Position numbers and translations under genes: made by a program. Shown here one piece after another: positions 15,876 through 24,000 of a stretch of 24,000 nt of DNA. The stretch lies in NCBI RefSeq assembly GCF_028598485.1, contig NZ_JAQRFL010000024.1; one strand, 5' to 3'. The notes beneath the pieces are model-generated. The model saw nothing but the letters and a program-made list of their open reading frames with translations, searched no databases and was not told the DNA's origin. How positions within the stretch are numbered: the stretch's first letter is position 1; the number at the start of each line of letters is the position of its first letter. The DNA comes from Xenorhabdus khoisanae (GTDB lineage Bacteria > Pseudomonadota > Gammaproteobacteria > Enterobacterales > Enterobacteriaceae).

Positions 15876-17214
15876 TTGTTAACTCCTTATTGGGATCTTG
15901 ATTGAGACCTTTACGGATAAGTTTCATCATATAGATGTAACCGATACCGAAAACGGCAGCATAGACGACAAAGAAAATCAGCAGGCTAATACTCATGTGG
16001 ATATCACCATGCGCTGATACTGCATCCTTGGTGCGCATCAGGCCATAAACAACCCATGGCTGGCGCCCAATTTCCGTAGTAAACCAACCGGCCAGAATGG
16101 CGATAAGGCCAGAAGGCGCCATTAAAAGCATAAAACGAAGAAAAAACCGATTTTCATACAGGCGTTTTTTATGGCGCAGCCATAGCCCCCAGATCCCGGC
16201 AAAAATCATTAATATCCCAAGCCCTACCATGACACGGAATGACCAGAACACCATAAAAACGTTCGGGCGATCTTCGGGTGCAAATTCTTTCAGTGCCGGA
16301 ACCTGTTTATCCAGACTGTGTGTCAGGATCAGGCTGGCAAGGTAAGGAATTTTGATGGCATAACGTGTCTCTTCCGTTTCTTGATCAGGGATGCCAAACA
16401 GAATTAATGGCGTGGCTTCACCTGCGTGATTTTCCCAATGGCCTTCCATCGCGGCAACTTTAGCTGGCTGGTGTTTCAATGTATTTAACCCGTGCATATC
16501 GCCAATCATGGCTTGCAACGGCGCAATGAACAGAATCATCCACATTGCCATTGACAGCATTTTCCGCATGGCTGATGAATCATTACCTCTTAGCAGATGC
16601 CATGCAGCAGAAGCAGCAATGAAAAATGCCGAGGCGAGGAATGCAGCAGTTCCCATATGCAGTAAACGATAAGGGAAAGAAGGATTGAAAATCACCGCTA
16701 ACCAGTCAACAGGCACAACTTGATTATTAACAATCTCATAGCCTTGTGGTGTCTGCATCCAGCTATTGGAGGCTAATATCCAGAATGTGGAAATAATCGT
16801 GCCAAGTGCCACCATACAAGTTGCGAAAAAGTGCAGTCTTTCTCCGACCCGGCTCCAACCAAACAGCATGACGCCTAAAAATCCGGCTTCAAGAAAAAAT
16901 GCTGTCAGCACCTCATAAACCAGCAAAGGGCCTGTGACAGAACCGGCAAAATCAGAGAAGAAACTCCAGTTGGTGCCGAATTGGTAAGCCATTACCAAGC
17001 CAGAAACAACGCCCATACCGAAATTAACTGCAAAAATTTTTGACCAGAAGTGGTATAACGTTTTGTAATCAGTATGGCGTGTTTTAAGCCACAAACCTTC
17101 CAGTACCGCGAGGAAGCTGGCTAAGCCTATCGTAATAGCGGGGAAGATAATGTGAAAAGAAACTGTAAATGCAAATTGTATCCTTGCAAGTTCAAGGGCA
17201 TTTAACCCGAACAT
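15865..17214 (-). CDS. cioA: Cytochrome bd-type quinol oxidase subunit I, short Q-loop (cyanide-insensitive CioA-like)
   Basis: 449 aa with the EIGRQPWVVYG motif. The region after ...FGIPDQETEETRYAIKIPYLASLILTHSLDKQVPALKEF lacks the long insertion that E. coli CydA (about 520 aa, from memory) has there. Confidence 0.93.
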   Translation of the reverse strand: MFGLNALELARIQFAFTVSFHIIFPAITIGLASFLAVLEGLWLKTRHTDYKTLYHFWSKIFAVNFGMGVVSGLVMAYQFGTNWSFFSDFAGSVTGPLLVYEVLTAFFLEAGFLGVMLFGWSRVGERLHFFATCMVALGTIISTFWILASNSWMQTPQGYEIVNNQVVPVDWLAVIFNPSFPYRLLHMGTAAFLASAFFIAASAAWHLLRGNDSSAMRKMLSMAMWMILFIAPLQAMIGDMHGLNTLKHQPAKVAAMEGHWENHAGEATPLILFGIPDQETEETRYAIKIPYLASLILTHSLDKQVPALKEFAPEDRPNVFMVFWSFRVMVGLGILMIFAGIWGLWLRHKKRLYENRFFLRFMLLMAPSGLIAILAGWFTTEIGRQPWVVYGLMRTKDAVSAHGDIHMSISLLIFFVVYAAVFGIGYIYMMKLIRKGLNQDPNKELTNGY

Positions 17215-17296
17215 AGTGACCTCTTGTTGAAATCGATTGGGTATATGGGCAAACGAAGTTAGAAAGTGTGGATAAGTAGAACATAGAGATCTTGGG

Positions 17297-17333
17297 TATA
17301 ATAGTTACAATTTTTTGTTTATTGACTATAACA
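17297..17333 (+). repeat. 37-bp direct repeat, copy A (cioA-proximal)
   Basis: TATAATAGTTACAATTTTTTGTTTATTGACTATAACA. It matches copy B at 30/37 ungapped positions, or 32 with two indels. Confidence 0.6.
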
Positions 17334-17667
17334 GTTTGAGCAAAGACCAAGCATGGGGCATGTGATGAACCATTAGCCGGGATGACTCGTCGATAGGTAT
17401 AATTAATTTTTTTATTATAAAATCTCAATTGAGACGTATTAATGATATTGAACAGGGAAATAGAGAGTTTTCGTTCACCATAAATTAGTAAATTATTTTT
17501 TAGTCTTAATTTTACATCATGTATTGAATGATTTTAGATTTATTTTTTTATGAAAATATAACTGATTAATTAAATAGTATTAAAGTCGGCATAAGATAGA
17601 TCATGAAAAAGAATATTATGGTTGTTTTTTCTTTATTGATGGGTGAGTCAGATATAAATATTTAAGA

Positions 17668-17704
17668 TATAATAGTTTAATTTTTTCATTTAATAACTAT
17701 AACA
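17668..17704 (+). repeat. 37-bp direct repeat, copy B (immediately upstream of the MocR-type gene)
   Basis: TATAATAGTTTAATTTTTTCATTTAATAACTATAACA, ending 21 nt before the ATG at 17726. It starts with a perfect TATAAT, a possible -10 element. Confidence 0.6.
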
Positions 17705-17725
17705 CTTAAACCGGAAGCCTGGCAT

Positions 17726-19147
17726 ATGACGCGTTATGAACAATTAGCTGGCATGATACGCCAGCAGATAGAAGACGATATTTGGCAAGTGGGTGACAGG
17801 TTACCATCACTACGGGAATCGGTGAAATCGTCAGGATTGAGTTTGATGACGGTGCTGCAAGCCTATCAATTGCTGGAAAGTCAGGGATGGATCGTCGCGC
17901 GACCGCAATCAGGATATTATGTCGCCACTCGGTTAAAGCCCTTTGCAGCGGCAAAGGGAGGGAAGGAACTTAATTTAAGTGAAAATGTGGAAATTAGTGC
18001 GTCTATTTTTGATGTTTTGCAGGCATGCAAAGATCCGCAAATTATCCCTTTCGGTTCGGCTTTTCCTGACCCTTCCTTGTTAGCAGAACCCAAACTTTCA
18101 AAAATACTGGCTTCAGTCGCCCGTCGCTTTGTCCCACATAATTCGCTGGCAAATCTGCCGCCGGGTAATGAAAAGTTACGGCGCAATATATCTCGCCGTT
18201 ATGCTGCCCACGGTATCCACGTTTCACCGGATGAGATTGTTATTACTGCGGGGGCCATGGAATCATTAAGTTTCAGCCTGCAATCTGTCACTTCTCCGGG
18301 AGATTGGGTAGTGATTGAATCTCCTGCTTTTTATGGCGCGTTACAAGCGATAGAACGATTGCGATTGAAAGCTATCGCGATTAAAACAGATCCACATACA
18401 GGCATTGATTTAGATACATTGGAAGAAATCGTACAAAAATATCCAATAAAAGCCTGTTGGTTGATGTCGCGTTTTCAAAACCCACTGTGCAGCACGATGC
18501 CATCTGAAAATAAACAGCGGCTGGTGGAAATCCTAAATCAAAACCAGATCGCCCTGATTGAAGATGATGTATATGGTGAACTGTATTTCGAGCAGGAGCC
18601 TCCCGCGCCAATAAAGGCATGGGATACAGAAAATAATTTCATGCACTGTTCATCATTTTCAAAGTGCCTTGCACCCGGATATCGAGTCGGTTGGGTTGCT
18701 GCGGGTAAACATGCGAAGAAAATCCAGCAATTACAGATGATGAGTACAGTGTCTGCCAGTACTCCAACCCAGTTGGCCATTGCGGATTATCTGGCGCAAG
18801 GAGGGTATGACAATCATCTGCGGCGGCTGCGACGCCAGTTGGAGCAACGGCAAGGCCAGATGTTACGGGCAATTAGTGAATATTTCCCTCAGTCAGTGAA
18901 AGTAAACAGTGCCCGTGGGGGGTATTTTCTTTGGTTGGAGTTTGAACCGCCTTTCAATGCCAATCGACTATATCAATTGGCACTGGCTAAGAATATTAGT
19001 ATTGCTCCGGGTAGTATGTTCTCCACCAGTTCCCAGTTTGATCATGCTTTCCGTCTGAATACTTCATTTGCATGGAATGAAATGCAGGCTGTTGCAATGA
19101 AAGATTTGGGGAGCATGTGCCACATGTTTCTCAAGGAATGCGGGTAA
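17726..19147 (+). CDS. MocR/GabR-subfamily GntR regulator (wHTH plus fold-type-I aminotransferase-like domain), YdcR-like
   Basis: 473 aa. The N-terminus DRLPSLRESVKSSGLSLMTVLQAYQLLESQGWIVARPQSGYYV parallels E. coli YdcR as I recall it. PLP-lysine context CSSFSKCLAPGYRVGW. Confidence 0.9.
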   Translation: MTRYEQLAGMIRQQIEDDIWQVGDRLPSLRESVKSSGLSLMTVLQAYQLLESQGWIVARPQSGYYVATRLKPFAAAKGGKELNLSENVEISASIFDVLQACKDPQIIPFGSAFPDPSLLAEPKLSKILASVARRFVPHNSLANLPPGNEKLRRNISRRYAAHGIHVSPDEIVITAGAMESLSFSLQSVTSPGDWVVIESPAFYGALQAIERLRLKAIAIKTDPHTGIDLDTLEEIVQKYPIKACWLMSRFQNPLCSTMPSENKQRLVEILNQNQIALIEDDVYGELYFEQEPPAPIKAWDTENNFMHCSSFSKCLAPGYRVGWVAAGKHAKKIQQLQMMSTVSASTPTQLAIADYLAQGGYDNHLRRLRRQLEQRQGQMLRAISEYFPQSVKVNSARGGYFLWLEFEPPFNANRLYQLALAKNISIAPGSMFSTSSQFDHAFRLNTSFAWNEMQAVAMKDLGSMCHMFLKECG

Positions 19148-19272
19148 TCAATCACACTTCAACTATCTCAATATTGTCGCAGGAAGAATTATTTGCGAAT
19201 GTTCCTATTAACAATCTGACTTAATCATCTTTTGACACTGTAAACAGAATATAAAAGTGGTGAGGGAGTGGC

Positions 19273-19842
19273 ATGAAAATGAAATGTTTCGATTATGCAA
19301 CATTACCAAAAGAGCAATGGTCTGAAGGGAAAGGCGAAACAAGGGATATTGTTTGCTGGCCAGTTTCTGATGATTTCGCCTGGCGAGCCTGTTTTACGAC
19401 TATTCATCAAAGTGGCGCATTGGGGCAGTTCCCTGATATTGAACGCTCCATTGTTTTGTTGAAAGGAAAAGGTGTCCGCTTGACCAGTCCGGGTTTTCTG
19501 GATCATGAACTGGTGAAAAAGATGGCACCATTCCATTTTTCAGGCGATATTCGGGGAAATGCTGAGTTGTTGGATGGCCCGATTCAGTGCTTCAATATTA
19601 TGACCCGCCGTTCCTGTTGGGCTTCTGAGATCTCATTGGTTTCCGATGAACGATTATTGCCGACATCTCACAGTGGTGTACTTTATGTTTTAAAAGGCCG
19701 TTGGGAAATGACAGGCGCAAATAGTGCTCAGCTTGCTTTTGGTCAGGGAGCATGGTGGTTGCCGGATATCAGGGAAGGGATTATTAAGCCATTAGTTGCG
19801 GATAGCCAATTATTGTGGGTTGATTTGCGCCCTGTTGGGTAA
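19273..19842 (+). CDS. HutD/Ves-family protein
   Basis: 189 aa. GETRDIVCWP, FAWRACFTTI, FPDIERSIVLLKG, APFHFSGD and CFNIMTR parallel E. coli Ves (GETREICTFP, FYWRASIASI, FPGMERIVTLLEG, DFNIMTR). GAGGGAG lies upstream; the start could be 19273 or 19279. Confidence 0.8.
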   Translation: MKMKCFDYATLPKEQWSEGKGETRDIVCWPVSDDFAWRACFTTIHQSGALGQFPDIERSIVLLKGKGVRLTSPGFLDHELVKKMAPFHFSGDIRGNAELLDGPIQCFNIMTRRSCWASEISLVSDERLLPTSHSGVLYVLKGRWEMTGANSAQLAFGQGAWWLPDIREGIIKPLVADSQLLWVDLRPVG

Positions 19843-19862
19843 ATTGGATACCCGATCACCTT

Positions 19863-19952
19863 TTAAGTAGACCTTCGTTGGTTGCATTCACTCACGCCCC
19901 CAGTGACATAGTTATCTATGTCCTGGGGATTTTCTCCCTTGTAGACTGGTAC
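19863..19952. repeat. ERIC (enterobacterial repetitive intergenic consensus) element
   Basis: The core is TTCACTCACGCCCCCAGTGACATAGTTATCTATGTCCTGGGGATTTTC, with an imperfect inverted repeat at 19898-19911 / 19916-19928. It matches the regions targeted by the ERIC2 (AAGTAAGTGACTGGGGTGAGCG) and ERIC1R (ATGTAAGCTCCTGGGGATTCAC) primers. Confidence 0.8.
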
Positions 19953-20612
19953 TTATTTTTTTATTTCATGAAAGCTCCACCATACACCAAATTTTGTCTC
20001 TCTTTTTTCTTTGTGTATAACGGAATTCTTTTGAAGCGCTTTATAGAAAATCTCCGTTGGGCCAAATTCTGCGAATGTCATAAACATCACTCCTTCATTA
20101 GTCAGATAGTCACGATACTGACTAAAAAGAGTTTCCCCATAACTTGATATGGTATGTCCGGAAAGTTTCTCTTCTGACCAAGATTCAGGAGAAATTGGTC
20201 CATTGGCAAATATGTAGTCGTATTTACCATCGACAGATTCAAAGAGATTACTATTTATAAAATGGATGTCAGTAATCTTATTCAGATAAGCATTATGTTT
20301 AGCATGGTGTAATATATCGTCATTGATATCTGTTGCTGTTATAAAAGATGCACCTTTAAGGGCGGAATAAATAGCAAGAACGCCACTGCCCGTTCCTATA
20401 TCAAGGACTTTTTTTCCAGTAAAATTATGATGCTTAATATTTTTTATAAGTAATGGTGTAGAGTGCGTTTGTAATGGGGATGGAAGAAATACTTGAGGAG
20501 TAACAGCTAACTTAATGCCTGCCAGTGTTATTTTTTCAGGGACTCCATTATTTGTCCGTAATTTTTCCTGCTCCAACCACCATTCTACATAAAGTTTGCA
20601 ATTCTTATTCAT
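19953..20612 (-). CDS. Class I SAM-dependent methyltransferase (small-MTase / PrmC-RsmC-like fold) with a non-canonical catalytic tetrad
   Basis: 219 aa. Motif I is VLDIGTGSGVLAIYSA and the acidic motif II is TATDIN. YIFANGPI sits where N6-Ade/Gln MTases have (D/N)PP(Y/F). The gene is AT-rich and abuts the ERIC element. Confidence 0.8.
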   Translation of the reverse strand: MNKNCKLYVEWWLEQEKLRTNNGVPEKITLAGIKLAVTPQVFLPSPLQTHSTPLLIKNIKHHNFTGKKVLDIGTGSGVLAIYSALKGASFITATDINDDILHHAKHNAYLNKITDIHFINSNLFESVDGKYDYIFANGPISPESWSEEKLSGHTISSYGETLFSQYRDYLTNEGVMFMTFAEFGPTEIFYKALQKNSVIHKEKRETKFGVWWSFHEIKK

Positions 20613-20813
20613 AATAAGCTCTTTTTTAGGATGATTTGCAAGGATGAAGGATAGATACAGTCAAGAGATATTTTTGTGGCCAAGCCAGTCTTTATTGGAC
20701 ATCGCTGCCATCAATTCTATCAGTATGCTATTCATTGTCGCTATTACAGATTTTGTTATGGGGCGCTTTGTTATCATTTTTTCGGTATCTGTCAGTTTAA
20801 AATATATCAATCC

Positions 20814-22004
20814 TCAAAACTCAGTGAAATACTGCCTCACAATTTCCCTGCCAATCTCTATCGACGCCGTAGCCGCTGGAGAGGGTGCATTGCATACATG
20901 CAATGAACGGCGACCTTTTACAAAGTGAAAATCGTCCACCAATTTGCCATCGTCGGTGAGTGCCTGAGCGCGAACGCCGGAAGGTCCCGGTTTGATATCT
21001 TCTGGCCGCAAATCAGGAATAAGCTGACGGGCATTCTCAGTGAAAAGACGGCGTGAAAATGAACGCTGCATTTCTGCTACACCTTCGCAAAAATAGCGTG
21101 TAGCAATCTTCCAAAATCCTTTGTATGTCAGCACCTCTGCTAAATCCCGTGGGTTGAAATCCGTTTTATGATATCCCTCGCGCTTAAATGCCAGTACCGC
21201 ATTCGGGCCGACATCCCGCTTGCCATTGTGCATCCGTGTAAAATGAACGCCGAGGAAAGGAAAATCAGGATTGGGCACCGGGTAAATCAGATGATTAACC
21301 AGATAATTTTTACTGCTATTCAGTACATAATATTCGCCCCGAAATGGGACAATCTTCATGCCGGTTTCATAACCTGCCAACTGGGCAATTCTGTCACTGT
21401 GCAATCCGGCACAATTCACCAGCCATTTAGCTTGATAACGGGTTTTTTGAGTTTGTACATCAACATAATCCCGGTGTTCACAAATACCTTGAACCTGTTG
21501 TTGATAATGAATATCTCCACCTTTGGCCTGAATAATTTCAGCCAGTTTTGCGGCAATTTCCGGGTAATTCACAATACCTGCATCCGGCACCAGAATTGCC
21601 TCAAGGCCATTAACATAAGGCTCGCGTTCTTTTAACTGAGCTTGTGAAAGCCGTTTGACTTCAAGGCCATTCTGTACCCCTCGTTGATAGATATTTTCCA
21701 GAAAAGGCAGTTCTTTGAGTTGGGTTGCGACAATCACTTTACCGCAACGGTCGTAATATAACCCGTGTTGCTGGCAAAACTGATATATCGTGCGGTTGCC
21801 CTGTTTTGCCAGCCGTGCTTTTAAACTGCCGGGAGTGTAGTAAATGCCAGAGTGAACAACGTTGCTGTTATGGCCGCTTTGATGCGCCGCCACACCATTT
21901 TCTTTATCTAACACGAGCAAGCGCAGGTGCGGATGATGTTCTTGCAGGGCATTGGCAGTGCCAAGCCCGACTAATCCAGCTCCAATGATAATCACGTCAT
22001 ACAT
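20814..22004 (-). CDS. lhgO: L-2-hydroxyglutarate oxidase/dehydrogenase (FAD)
   Basis: 396 aa. MYDVIIIGAGLVGL..HQSGHNSNVVHSGIYYTPGSLKA...FRGEYY...NHLIYPVPNPDFPFLGVHFTR...GPNAVLAFKREGY...HVCNAPSPAATAS parallels E. coli LhgO (YgaF) throughout. Confidence 0.93.
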   Translation of the reverse strand: MYDVIIIGAGLVGLGTANALQEHHPHLRLLVLDKENGVAAHQSGHNSNVVHSGIYYTPGSLKARLAKQGNRTIYQFCQQHGLYYDRCGKVIVATQLKELPFLENIYQRGVQNGLEVKRLSQAQLKEREPYVNGLEAILVPDAGIVNYPEIAAKLAEIIQAKGGDIHYQQQVQGICEHRDYVDVQTQKTRYQAKWLVNCAGLHSDRIAQLAGYETGMKIVPFRGEYYVLNSSKNYLVNHLIYPVPNPDFPFLGVHFTRMHNGKRDVGPNAVLAFKREGYHKTDFNPRDLAEVLTYKGFWKIATRYFCEGVAEMQRSFSRRLFTENARQLIPDLRPEDIKPGPSGVRAQALTDDGKLVDDFHFVKGRRSLHVCNAPSPAATASIEIGREIVRQYFTEF

Positions 22005-23970
22005 TTTTAGAATGTTCCTTATGATTTTTATTTTTCAAACGACCCCATTTATTGCGTAAAAAATGCATGGCTCCTGCGGCGATAATCAATACTATTCCAG
22101 TTAGATCAGTCAGCACTCCCGGTTTGATTAAAAGAATCGCGGCGATCGCGAAGAGAATTCTTTCTAACCAATGGGTTTTGCTCATCCAGAAATTTGCGCA
22201 GGCAATGGAAAGTGAATAGATGCCAATCAGGGCCGTCAGGATCATATAACTGATGGACAGGGTATTTAAATGGTCGCCCTGCATCAATAATGCTGGGTTG
22301 TACACTAAAATAAATGGAATGATAAAGCCCGGCAAAGCCAGCCGTACTGCGTTCCATGAAGTTTGCATTGGATCAGCACGGGCAATGCTGGCTGCTGTAT
22401 AACTGGCAAGTGCCACAGGTGGTGTAATATTGGAAAGCGCGCCAAACCAGAAAACAAAGAAGTGGGCCGCCAATGGTAAAACACCGGCTTTGATTAATAT
22501 GGGTGACACTGTCACAGCAACGACGATATATAAGGCAGTTGAAGGTAACCCCATACTGAGGACAATACAAACCGCCATTACAACAAGCAGAATCATCCAT
22601 AGGGTATTATTGGTGAGTGAAACAATATTGAAAGCAAGCGTAGAACCAATACCCGTCATGGTGACAACACAGATAATAACGCCAATAGCGGCACAGGCGA
22701 CAGTAACTTGAATAGCCCCGCGAGCAGCCTCATTCAGGGCAGCGGCAATTTTTTTAGGTGTCATGCGTACAGAAGTATCTGGTGTTATCCAGCTTGCGAT
22801 GATAATCGTGATGATACCGAGGAAACCGGCATAAATCGGGGTTTTTCCGGTTAGTAGCGTTCCGATTACAATAAATAGTGGTAATAGTAACAAACCACGC
22901 GCTTTCAGTACGGTTTTAACTTGGGGAATATTATCCTTGCTGATGCCTTTTAATCCTTGTTTCTTGGCTTCCAGATCAATAGCGATAATCAGGGCTGCGT
23001 AATAGAGAAGAGCCGGAATGATGGCCGCAATCACAATAGTGGTGTAGGAGATACCCAGAAAACCCGCCATGATAAATGCGGCTGCGCCCATAATAGGTGG
23101 CATGATCATACCTCCCGTTGATGCCGCCGCTTCGACCGCACCGGCAAAACGGGAAGATAACCCGATGTTTTTCATCAAAGGAATGGTGAAGGTGCCTGTT
23201 GTAGCAACGTTGGCAACAGCACTGCCACTGAGTGAACCTGTCAGGGCAGAAGAGATAACAGCAACCTGCGCTGGCCCGCCACGGCGACGTCCGGCTATTG
23301 ATAAAGCAAGGTCATTGAACAGGGCAGTTGCACCACTGACACTTAAAAATGCGCCAAACAGAATAAAGGTGATGATTGCTGTTGATGCGGTAGATAGCGT
23401 AATACCAAAAATGCCTTCACTGGTCATGAATAAGCGGAACAGCAGACGTTCAAGCGAAAACCCGGCATGCCCGAAGATCCCCATGAAATATTGGCCGAAT
23501 AGGGCATAGATAATGGCAAAAATGGATAAACCCGGTATGAAATAGCCTGTAGTGCGCCTCGCTGCTTCAAACAGCACCCCAATACCAATAACGGACATGA
23601 CATAATCTGTGGTGTTGGGAATGCTGTTACGTACAACATGCAAGTCAGTGTAAGTAAAATAAAAATACCCATAACTTATCAGTGTGAGCAGAATAAAAAA
23701 GTAATCCCAATAATTGAATTCGGAAGTCGAATAACGTTTGGAAATTGGAAACAGAATAAAGCCTAAAACCAGAATGCCACTAAGGAAAGTTGCATTGCGG
23801 TAAAATTCTTGCGTATTGGATAAGGCGTTGGAATAGATAGAGTAAAGAGAAATAGTGACAGCAAGTATGGTTGTGAACTTCAAATAGACACCCATTAAAT
23901 GGCGGCTGCCGGAGCCTGCTTCTTTATCCAGCTCAACAGCAGAAGATGATGTTACATTGTCAGTATTCAT
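21997..23970 (-). CDS. TRAP transporter fused permease (4TM/12TM DctQ-DctM fusion, TAXI-type)
   Basis: 657 aa and extremely hydrophobic. The N-terminus ...ELDKEAGSGSRHLMG is typical of fused TRAP permeases. Its stop overlaps the lhgO ATG by 8 nt. GGAG lies 5 nt upstream. The solute receptor is presumably beyond 24000. Confidence 0.88.
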   Translation of the reverse strand: MNTDNVTSSSAVELDKEAGSGSRHLMGVYLKFTTILAVTISLYSIYSNALSNTQEFYRNATFLSGILVLGFILFPISKRYSTSEFNYWDYFFILLTLISYGYFYFTYTDLHVVRNSIPNTTDYVMSVIGIGVLFEAARRTTGYFIPGLSIFAIIYALFGQYFMGIFGHAGFSLERLLFRLFMTSEGIFGITLSTASTAIITFILFGAFLSVSGATALFNDLALSIAGRRRGGPAQVAVISSALTGSLSGSAVANVATTGTFTIPLMKNIGLSSRFAGAVEAAASTGGMIMPPIMGAAAFIMAGFLGISYTTIVIAAIIPALLYYAALIIAIDLEAKKQGLKGISKDNIPQVKTVLKARGLLLLPLFIVIGTLLTGKTPIYAGFLGIITIIIASWITPDTSVRMTPKKIAAALNEAARGAIQVTVACAAIGVIICVVTMTGIGSTLAFNIVSLTNNTLWMILLVVMAVCIVLSMGLPSTALYIVVAVTVSPILIKAGVLPLAAHFFVFWFGALSNITPPVALASYTAASIARADPMQTSWNAVRLALPGFIIPFILVYNPALLMQGDHLNTLSISYMILTALIGIYSLSIACANFWMSKTHWLERILFAIAAILLIKPGVLTDLTGIVLIIAAGAMHFLRNKWGRLKNKNHKEHSKNV

Positions 23971-24000
23971 AGTAACTCCATAATATTATGGTCAATAGCA

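Noticed and set aside
19878-20147. 89-aa plus-strand ORF.
   Set aside because: It starts inside the ERIC element and is otherwise antisense to the well-supported methyltransferase gene.
20644-20928. Plus-strand ORFs at 20644-20928 and 20676-20906, and a 38-codon minus-strand ORF at 20661-20777, in or near the MTase-lhgO spacer.
   Set aside because: They have no SD sequences, the plus-strand ones run antisense into lhgO, and I see no recognisable motifs.

Overview
This is a 24-kb chromosomal stretch from an AT-rich member of the Enterobacterales. The proteins align closely with E. coli orthologues I know from memory, and an ERIC-type repeat is present. The genus cannot be determined from the sequence; Morganellaceae-like (Xenorhabdus or Photorhabdus type) is only a guess.

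Gene order:
- frmB (partial) and frmA, formaldehyde detoxification (minus strand).
- An orphan lambda-S-type holin plus small endolysin pair with its own terminator (minus strand).
- About 0.9 kb of AT-rich non-coding DNA.
- adiA-adiC, arginine-dependent acid resistance, without adiY.
- A lone, very AT-rich subfamily-2 OMP-decarboxylase-like gene, bordered by a GC-rich palindromic unit and a truncated IS110-family transposase fragment.
- Two tandem UspG/UspF-class genes.
- A 60-aa orphan ORF.
- An EndA-type periplasmic or secreted nuclease with an extra C-terminal module.
- A promoter-plus-terminator unit (candidate sRNA or leader) upstream of phoH, then phoH itself.
- An unknown 115-aa ORF.
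- A minus-strand cluster: short-Q-loop cytochrome bd (cioA-cioB), a small TM peptide, and an orphan HisKA_3 histidine kinase.
- A divergent MocR-type regulator followed by a HutD/Ves-family gene.
- An ERIC element.
- A lone AT-rich methyltransferase.
- A fused TAXI-type TRAP permease translationally coupled to lhgO (minus strand).

I saw no rRNA, tRNA, CRISPR array or intact mobile element. I cannot point to a clear-cut new multi-gene system.

The best leads:
1. The phage-free holin/endolysin cassette.
2. The cioAB-peptide-kinase cluster, together with the repeat-containing divergent region it shares with the MocR gene.
3. The stand-alone subfamily-2 ODCase.
4. The promoter/terminator unit upstream of phoH.
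5. A 14-codon uORF ahead of adiA.

All functional calls rest on my reading of the translations and recalled family motifs. No database search was run.
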